Shown here in pieces: positions 56,347 through 64,000 of a stretch of DNA of 64,000 nt. The translations under genes and the position numbers were made by a program. Under the pieces are notes generated by a model. The model saw nothing but the letters and a program-made list of their open reading frames with translations. It was not told where the DNA came from and did not search any database. Positions within the stretch are counted from its first letter, which is position 1. The number at the start of each line of letters is the position of its first letter. Source of the DNA: an uncultured Candidatus Rokubacteria bacterium (GTDB lineage: Bacteria > Methylomirabilota > Methylomirabilia > Rokubacteriales > CSP1-6); contig CAVYTA010000006.1 of NCBI GenBank assembly GCA_963771355.1, positions 736,001-800,000 on the forward strand, given 5' to 3'.

Positions 56347-58682
56347 TCGGGCGAGCGGCCGGGGTCGCCGCCGGCCCCCTTGCGGAGCGCCTCCCAGAGC
56401 CGGGCGGGCGTGACGGGCACCCGGGTGATCTCCGCGCCGCGGTCGGCGAGGGCATCCTCCACCGCATTGGCGATCGCGGCCGGTGGCGCGATGATGCCGC
56501 TCTCTCCCACCCCCTTGATGCCAAGCTCGTTCCGCGTGGAGGGGAACGACACGGCGATCGTCTCCAGCGGGGGCAGGTCGGCCGCGGTGGGAATGGCGTA
56601 GTCCATGAAGCTCCCGGTGAGGAGCTGTCCCTCGCCATCGTGCACCAGCTCCTCGCAGAGCGCGGTGCCGATGCCCTGAGCCATCCCGCCCTGGAGCTGG
56701 CCCTCCACCACCAGGGGATTGATGGCCCGCCCGCAGTCATGGAGGGCGAGATAGCGAAGAATGCGCACCGCGCCCGTCTCCCGGTCCACCTCCAGCGCGC
56801 AGGCATGCGCGCCGAACGCGAAGGTGACGGACTCGGGCGAGAAGTATCCGCAGGCCTGGAGCCCCGGCTGACCCTCGCGCACCAGGGTCTTGTTGCGCAC
56901 TGCCGCCCGCGCCACTTCGCCGAGGGCCAGGCCCCGCTGGGGCATGCCGGCCACGTGCAGGCGCCCGCCCGCGAGCACCACGTCGGCGGGCGCACATTCG
57001 AGCATCTCGGCGGCGACCCGCCGCGCCTTGTCGGCGACTTCGCGTGAGGACTTGGCCACGGCGGGGCCCGCGTTGGCGGCCACCCGGCTGCCGCCGGTGC
57101 CATTGCCGAAGGGAAGCAGGGCGGTGTCACCCGCGACCACGGTCACCCGGGGGAGCTCCACGCCCAGCTCGGCGGCTGCGATCTGCGCCATGGTGGTCTC
57201 GTGCGCCTGCCCCTGCGAGGAGACGCCGATGATGACCTGCACGTTGCCGGCCCCGTCCACTCGCACGTCTGCGCCCTCGAAGGGGCCGACGCCGGTGCCC
57301 TGGACATAGCAGCCGAGGCCGACTCCGAGCGGCGTGGCGCTCCCGCGCCGGTCCGCCTGCCGCTTCCGCCAGCCCGCATAGTCGAACGCCTCCAGGAGCC
57401 GCTCGAAGGAGCCCGGATAGTCTGCCGGGTCATAGGAGATGGGCGTGCCGTCTCGATAGATGAGCCCGGTGCGATACGGCATCTCGTCGGGACGGACGAA
57501 GTTTCGCCGGCGGATCTCCGCCGGATCGAGGCCCAGACGCCGCGCCGCTCGGTCGATGAGCCGCTCCATCACGAAAGCCGCCTCCGGACGTCCCGACCCA
57601 CGATAGGCGCCGCCGAAGAGGGTGTGGGAGACCACGTTCTGGCCCGAGGCGACGAGATGCGGCACGCGGTAGGGTCCGGGCAGATGGTTGATGGTGTTCC
57701 GCGTGATCACCTCGCCGAGCGGAAGATAGGCGCCGTGGTCGCGGGCGAAGGCCGTCTCGATGGCCACGATGCGCCCGTGGCCGTCCACTCCAAGTCGGGC
57801 GTGGTGACGCTGGCCTCGATCCGGCGAGCCGCTGAGGAAATGCTCCCGCCGCGACTCCGTCCATCTCAGAGTGCGCCCGAGCCGGCGCGCCGCCGCGGCC
57901 AGGATGATGTCCTCGGCGTAGGTATGGCCCTTGATGCCGAACCCGCCGCCCGAGTCGGTGCAGATGATCCGGACGCGCTCCTCCGGGAGATCGAGCGCTC
58001 CCGCGATCGCGCCGCGAAGCCCATAGGGCGACTGGCTCGGAATCCAGATCGTGAAACGGCCGTCCGGGCCCTCCGGCACCACGACGATCCCGCGCGGCTC
58101 GAGCGGCGCGCCCGCGACTCGAGCCAGGTCCAGGTCCGCCTCGACCACGACCTCGGCCGTTCTCAGCGCGACGGCCGGCTCGCCCACCTGGGCGGACGAC
58201 GGCCCGGCGACATTGTCCGGCCATCCTTCGAAGACCCGCGGCGCACCCGCTGCAGTCGCGGCGGCGAGTCCGGCCGCCGTCGGCAGAGGCACGTAGTCGA
58301 CCCCCACCGCCTCCGCCGCATCGGCGGCGAGATATGGCGTCTCGGCGAGCACCACCGCCACGATCTCGCCGGTGTGGCGGACCATCGGATCCGCGAATAC
58401 GGACTGGGGCGCGCTCCGGAAGGAGGCGGGCGACGGGGTGGCCGCCGGGATGGGTCGCTGGCACTCGGGCAGGTCGGCGGCGGTGAGCACCGCGACCACG
58501 CCCGGCATGCCGCGCGCCGCGGCGGCGTCGATCCGCTCCACCCGGGCATGGGCATACGGGCTCCGGACGAACGCGGCGTGCAGGCTGCCGGGCACGCGCA
58601 AGTCGTCCACGTAGCGCCCGCGTCCGGTGATGAATCGCTGGTCTTCCGTGCGGAGATCGGGACGGCCGAAGGGGGAAGTCAT
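56343..58682 (-). CDS. Xanthine dehydrogenase family molybdopterin-binding large subunit (CoxL-like, not form I)
   Basis: EDQRFITGRGRYVDD, GGGFGIK, AYRGSGR, QGQAHET, GSR, DCG..INP..VEGQ..GG, KGVGESG. Confidence 0.9.
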   Translation of the reverse strand: MTSPFGRPDLRTEDQRFITGRGRYVDDLRVPGSLHAAFVRSPYAHARVERIDAAAARGMPGVVAVLTAADLPECQRPIPAATPSPASFRSAPQSVFADPMVRHTGEIVAVVLAETPYLAADAAEAVGVDYVPLPTAAGLAAATAAGAPRVFEGWPDNVAGPSSAQVGEPAVALRTAEVVVEADLDLARVAGAPLEPRGIVVVPEGPDGRFTIWIPSQSPYGLRGAIAGALDLPEERVRIICTDSGGGFGIKGHTYAEDIILAAAARRLGRTLRWTESRREHFLSGSPDRGQRHHARLGVDGHGRIVAIETAFARDHGAYLPLGEVITRNTINHLPGPYRVPHLVASGQNVVSHTLFGGAYRGSGRPEAAFVMERLIDRAARRLGLDPAEIRRRNFVRPDEMPYRTGLIYRDGTPISYDPADYPGSFERLLEAFDYAGWRKRQADRRGSATPLGVGLGCYVQGTGVGPFEGADVRVDGAGNVQVIIGVSSQGQAHETTMAQIAAAELGVELPRVTVVAGDTALLPFGNGTGGSRVAANAGPAVAKSSREVADKARRVAAEMLECAPADVVLAGGRLHVAGMPQRGLALGEVARAAVRNKTLVREGQPGLQACGYFSPESVTFAFGAHACALEVDRETGAVRILRYLALHDCGRAINPLVVEGQLQGGMAQGIGTALCEELVHDGEGQLLTGSFMDYAIPTAADLPPLETIAVSFPSTRNELGIKGVGESGIIAPPAAIANAVEDALADRGAEITRVPVTPARLWEALRKGAGGDPGRSPD

Positions 58683-58725
58683 CGCGGGGACGGAGTATAC
58701 CGCAGCCGGATGCTAAGATACTGAC

Positions 58726-61700
58726 ATGTCGCAGATTCCCAAGCGCAGCGCTCGCTTCATGGCGGCCTTTCGCGAGCGCATCCTGGTTCTCGATGGCGCC
58801 ATGGGCACCATGATCCAGGGGCGCAACCTCACCGCCGAGGACTTCGGCGGTCCGCAGATGGAAGGATGCAACGAGAACCTGAATCTCACGCGCCCGGATG
58901 TGATCCAGGCCATCCACGAGGCTTACCTCGACGCCGGCGCGGACATGATCTCGACCAATTCCTTCGGGTGTGCACCCTATGTGCTAGCCGAATATGGCCT
59001 CGCGGACAAGACCGAGGAGATCGCCGCCGCCGCCGCCCGCATTGCCCGAGCCGCCGCCGACGGGCGCTCGACCCCGGAGCGTCCCCGGTTCGTGGTGGGC
59101 GCAATGGGCCCCGGCACGCGCACCATCACGGTCACCGGCGGTGTCACCTTCGACGAGGTGCGCGACGGCTACCACGCCCAGGCCAAAGGGCTGATCGCGG
59201 GCGGTGCGGACGCGCTGCTGCTGGAAACCTGCCAGGACACGCTCAACGTCAAGGCGGCGGCCATCGGGATCCGCCAGGCCATGGGCGAGGCGGGCCTCGA
59301 CCTGCCCTTCATGGTCAGCGGCACCATCGAGCCCATGGGGACCATGCTGGCGGGGCAGGGCGTGGACGCGCTGTACGCCTCGGTCGAGCACCTCGATCTC
59401 TTCTCCATCGGGCTCAACTGCGCCACCGGTCCCGAGTTCATGACCGACCACCTGCGCACGCTCTCGAGCCTCGCCACCTGTCTCGTCAGCGTCTACCCCA
59501 ACGCCGGCCTGCCCGACGAGCTCGGCCAGTACGAGGAGACGCCGGAGAGCCTCGCCCTGAAGATGCGGCGCTTCGTGGACGAGGGCTGGGTGAATCTGGT
59601 CGGAGGCTGCTGCGGGACCACCCCCGCGCACACGCGCGCGCTGGCCCGGCTGGTGCAGGGGAAGCCGCCGCGCCGGCCCGCGGAGCGCCTGGCCGCCGCG
59701 GTGAGCGGTATCGAGGTCGTCTATCCGGGGGATGACAACCGCCCGCTCCTGGTGGGCGAGCGCACCAACGTGATCGGGTCACGCAAGTTCAAGGACCTGA
59801 TCGTGGAGGACAAGTTCGAGGAGGCGGCGGAGGTAGGCCGCGCCCAGGTACGGGGCGGCGGCCAGGTGCTGGATGTGTGCCTCGCCAACCCCGATCGCGA
59901 CGAGAACACCGACATGTTGCGCTTCCTCGACCGGCTCACGCGCAAGGTCAAGGCGCCGCTCATGATCGACTCGACGGACGCCGCCGTGCTCGAGGCGGCC
60001 CTCCGGATGTGCCAGGGCAAGGCCATCGTGAACTCGATCAACCTCGAGGATGGCGAGGAGCGCTTCGAGAAGGTGGTGCCGCTGCTCCGGACCTACGGGG
60101 CCGCCGTGGTGGTGGGCTGCATCGACGAGGACAAGCAGCAGGGGATGGCCGTCACCCGCGAGCGCAAGCTCCAAGTAGCCGAGCGGTCGTTCTCACTGCT
60201 CACCGGGAAATACGGGCTGCCCGCCCGCGACCTCATCTTCGACCCGCTGGTCTTCCCGGTGGGCACCGGCGACGCCAACTACGTGGGCTCCGCGGTGGAG
60301 ACCATCGAGGGGCTGCGCGCCATCAAGGCGCGCTTTCCGGAGTGCCGGACCATCCTGGGCATCTCGAACGTCTCCTTCGGGCTCCCCCCTGCCGGCCGCG
60401 AGGTCCTCAACGCGGTCTTCCTCTACCACTGCACCAAGGCGGGCCTCGACTACGCCATCGTGAACACCGAGCGCCTGGAGCGCTACGCCTCCATTCCCGA
60501 GGAGGAGCGCCGGCTGGCCGAGGACCTCATCTGGATGCGGGGGGCCGACCCGGTGGCCGCCTTCGCCGCCTACTTCCGCGGCAAGAAGAAGGAGCCCCGA
60601 GTGGCCGGGACCGCGCTGCCACTGGACGAGCGCCTGGCCCGCTATATCGTGGAGGGCTCCCGCGACGGGCTGGTGGAAGATCTCGAGACGAAGCGCGGCG
60701 AGGCGGCTCCGCTGGACATCATCAACGGCCCCTTGATGAAGGGCATGGAAGAGGTCGGACGCCTCTTCAACGACAACCAGCTCATCGTGGCCGAGGTGCT
60801 CCAGTCCGCGGAAGCCATGAAGACGGCGGTGGGCCACCTCGAGCAGTTCATGGAGCGGACGGAGAGCGCCACCCGCGGCAGCATCGTGCTCGCCACCGTC
60901 AAGGGCGACGTGCACGATATCGGCAAGAATCTGGTCGAGATCATCTGGAAGAACAACGGCTACCGGATCATCAACCTGGGCATCAAGGTGCCGCCCGAGG
61001 ATCTGATCGCCGCGTATCACGCGCACAAGCCCGATGCCTTCGGGCTGTCCGGGCTCCTCGTGAAGTCCGCTCAGCAGATGGTGCTCACCGCCCAGGACCT
61101 GCGCGCGGCGGGCATCGACATCCCGCTCTTCGTGGGAGGCGCGGCGCTCACCCGGAAGTTCACCGCCACCCGCATCGCGCCCGAGTATCCCGGCGCCACC
61201 ATCTATGCCAAGGACGCGATGGACGGGCTGGACCTGGCCAACCGCCTCTTCGGCGCGACGACGCGGGAGGCGCTCCTCGCCGGCATCGTCGAGCAGCAGG
61301 CGGCGCTCCGGGCGGGGGACGAGGCGCCCGCCTCCGCGGCCGGAGCCGTCGAGCCGCGGCCCGACCGATCGGCGGTGTCTCGCACCGTTCCGGTGCCGCG
61401 GCCGCCGGACCTCGACCTCCACGTATTGCGCGACGTGCCGCTCACTCACGTCTATCCGTACCTCAACCTCCAGATGCTCCTGGGCAAGCATCTGGGCCTC
61501 AAGGGCTCGGTGGCGCGCCTGCTGGAGGAGGGCGACCTCAAGACGGTGGAGCTGCGCGCCATGGTGCAAGCGCTCCAGGATGAGGCCGCCGCGCGCGGTC
61601 TCATCCGCGCCGACGGGCTCTATCGCTTCTACGAGGCCAATGCCGCGGGCAACCGGCTCCTTCTCTACGAGGGCGGCCGCGAGGTTGCCCACTTCGACTT

Positions 61701-62199
61701 TCCCCGCCAGCGGGCGGGCGAGCGTCTTTGCCTCACCGACTACGTACGTGACGTCGACAGCGGAGAGCGCGACCATGTCGCCATCTTCGCCGTCACCTGC
61801 GGCGCGGGGATTCGCACGCAGGCGGAGCAGTGGAAGAACGACGGGCAGTACCTCCGCTCCCACGCGCTGCAGGCCCTGGCCATCGAGTGCGCGGAGGCGT
61901 TCGCGGAGATGCTCCACGCGCGGCTCCGCACCCAGTGGGGCTTCCCCGATCCGCCCGACCTCACCATGGCCGACCGACTCAAGGCGCGCTATCGGGGTCT
62001 GCGGGTGTCCCCGGGGTATCCCGCCTGCCCCGAGCTGACGGACCAGCGCACCATCTTCTCCCTCCTCGGGCCGGAGCGCATCGGGCTCGCTCTCACCGAG
62101 GGCTGCATGATGGATCCGGAGGCGTCCGTGTCGGCGCTCGTCTTCCACCATCCGGAGGCAAAGTATTTCAAGGCCGACGAGGGCGCCGCGTCGGACTGA
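58726..62199 (+). CDS. metH: Cobalamin-dependent methionine synthase
   Basis: DGAMGT, LNCATG, PNAGLP, GGCCGT, GERTN, GDVHDIGKN (DxHxxG), SPGYPACP, PEASVS. Confidence 0.96.
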   Translation: MSQIPKRSARFMAAFRERILVLDGAMGTMIQGRNLTAEDFGGPQMEGCNENLNLTRPDVIQAIHEAYLDAGADMISTNSFGCAPYVLAEYGLADKTEEIAAAAARIARAAADGRSTPERPRFVVGAMGPGTRTITVTGGVTFDEVRDGYHAQAKGLIAGGADALLLETCQDTLNVKAAAIGIRQAMGEAGLDLPFMVSGTIEPMGTMLAGQGVDALYASVEHLDLFSIGLNCATGPEFMTDHLRTLSSLATCLVSVYPNAGLPDELGQYEETPESLALKMRRFVDEGWVNLVGGCCGTTPAHTRALARLVQGKPPRRPAERLAAAVSGIEVVYPGDDNRPLLVGERTNVIGSRKFKDLIVEDKFEEAAEVGRAQVRGGGQVLDVCLANPDRDENTDMLRFLDRLTRKVKAPLMIDSTDAAVLEAALRMCQGKAIVNSINLEDGEERFEKVVPLLRTYGAAVVVGCIDEDKQQGMAVTRERKLQVAERSFSLLTGKYGLPARDLIFDPLVFPVGTGDANYVGSAVETIEGLRAIKARFPECRTILGISNVSFGLPPAGREVLNAVFLYHCTKAGLDYAIVNTERLERYASIPEEERRLAEDLIWMRGADPVAAFAAYFRGKKKEPRVAGTALPLDERLARYIVEGSRDGLVEDLETKRGEAAPLDIINGPLMKGMEEVGRLFNDNQLIVAEVLQSAEAMKTAVGHLEQFMERTESATRGSIVLATVKGDVHDIGKNLVEIIWKNNGYRIINLGIKVPPEDLIAAYHAHKPDAFGLSGLLVKSAQQMVLTAQDLRAAGIDIPLFVGGAALTRKFTATRIAPEYPGATIYAKDAMDGLDLANRLFGATTREALLAGIVEQQAALRAGDEAPASAAGAVEPRPDRSAVSRTVPVPRPPDLDLHVLRDVPLTHVYPYLNLQMLLGKHLGLKGSVARLLEEGDLKTVELRAMVQALQDEAAARGLIRADGLYRFYEANAAGNRLLLYEGGREVAHFDFPRQRAGERLCLTDYVRDVDSGERDHVAIFAVTCGAGIRTQAEQWKNDGQYLRSHALQALAIECAEAFAEMLHARLRTQWGFPDPPDLTMADRLKARYRGLRVSPGYPACPELTDQRTIFSLLGPERIGLALTEGCMMDPEASVSALVFHHPEAKYFKADEGAASD

Positions 62200-62842
62200 T
62201 GGTGGCGACCGCGGTGGAGGGCGTCAGCCCGCGCTTCCTCTCGCTCCTGTCCCAGGAAGATCTTGCCGCGCGGCGCGTCCTCGACGTGGGCTGCGGGGCG
62301 GGCCGCGTCGCGCTGGCGCTCGCGCCGGCCGCTCACTGGGTGGTCGGGCTCGACCGGGAAAACGACCTGATCGCGGAGGCCCGGGGGCGGGCGGAGCGGG
62401 CCGGGCTCGCCAATGTCGAGTTCCACGTGGCCGACGTGGAAAAGGAGGACTATCACTCCTGGGACCCCGGCCTCGTCACTGCCCACCTCATTGCGTCGGA
62501 CGCCATCATCGAGCGGTCGGGCCGCGCGCTTCCCTCCGGGGGATGCCTCGCCATGGTCGCCTTCCACGTGGACCAGTGGCGCGAGACCGGCAAGGTCTCA
62601 CGCTTCGCCTATGACGAGGACCGCATGCGCGCGGCGCTCGAGCGCGCCGGCTTCTCGGTGGAAGCCCTCGAGGTGGAGCGGTCGGTGCAACGCTTCGAAT
62701 CGGTGGAGGAGGCGCTGGCGGCGGCGGTGGGACTGCAGGAGCGCTGGCGCGCCGACGGCCGGTGGTTCCGCTATATCGAGTTCCTGGAGTCCGGCGGACG
62801 TACGCTGACTCGCAGCCACCTCATCGTGAAGGCGCGCCGGCC

Positions 62843-62846
<4 letters not shown>
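62199..62846 (+). CDS. Class I SAM-dependent methyltransferase
   Basis: VLDVGCGAG, VVGLD, ADV; ATG overlaps metH stop. Confidence 0.85.
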
Positions 62847-63792
<946 letters not shown>

Positions 63793-63796
<4 letters not shown>

Positions 63797-64000
63797 TCGG
63801 CGCCGTCACCGTCTTCTGCGGCTCCAGCGACCGCGTGGCGGCCGCCTACTTCGAGGCCGCCCGCGAGCTGGGCGAAAAGCTCGCGCGGCGGCGATGGCGG
63901 CTCATCTACGGCGGGGGTGGGCTGGGCCTCATGGGCGCGCTGGCCCGCGCGGTGCTCGGCGCCGGCGGTGAGGTGGTCGGCGTCATTCCCAAGGCGCTGC
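63793..64000 (+). CDS. LOG family protein (Rossmann-fold nucleotide phosphoribohydrolase), partial
   Basis: Manual translation from GTG 63793: VIGAVTVFCGSS...LIYGGG..GLMGALAR..LGAGGEVVGVIP. Confidence 0.87.

Noticed and set aside
56343..58682. Form I aerobic CO dehydrogenase
   Set aside because: The active-site loop is AYRGSGR, not AYxCSFR, and coxM/coxS and accessory genes are absent
58683..58725. Cobalamin or SAM riboswitch upstream of metH
   Set aside because: The divergent gap is only 43 bp

Overview
High-GC (about 70%) bacterial DNA from a diderm. Gene content and style are reminiscent of Methylomirabilota/Rokubacteria, but that is an unverified impression. Positions 1-35443 hold one minus-strand, mostly translationally coupled Wzx/Wzy-type exopolysaccharide locus of the PEP-CTERM/exosortase-associated type, running off the left edge. 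It encodes export/assembly proteins (OPX, outer-membrane beta-barrel, priming transferase, Wzc, Wzx, O-antigen-ligase-like protein), five further glycosyltransferases and precursor enzymes (GlmS, WecB, UDP-sugar dehydrogenase). It also carries an unusually large tailoring set: three deacetylases, two FemAB-like proteins, two GNATs, an ATP-grasp ligase, an AsnB-like protein lacking Cys2, an APH-like kinase, a DegT aminotransferase and a heparinase II/III-like protein. At its head (35447-39535) is a regulatory module: a stand-alone degenerate GGDEF protein with an intact RxxD site, two sigma-54 activators (one with a pseudo-receiver, one frameshifted in a C-homopolymer just before its HTH) and a single-domain receiver. 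Three sigma-54 -24/-12 motifs are visible in the locus. The right part (39592-64000) is metabolic/housekeeping: MmgE/PrpD, PHP, mqnD/mqnC/mqnE, a MaoC-MaoC-GT28-deacetylase operon, ilvD, two molybdoenzyme subunits, hydantoinase/oxoprolinase A/B, metH, a methyltransferase, queG and LOG, plus three small gene remnants. Several single-base indels may be read errors. No rRNA, tRNA, CRISPR array or intact mobile element was recognised. All functional calls come from motif recognition by eye, not from database searches.
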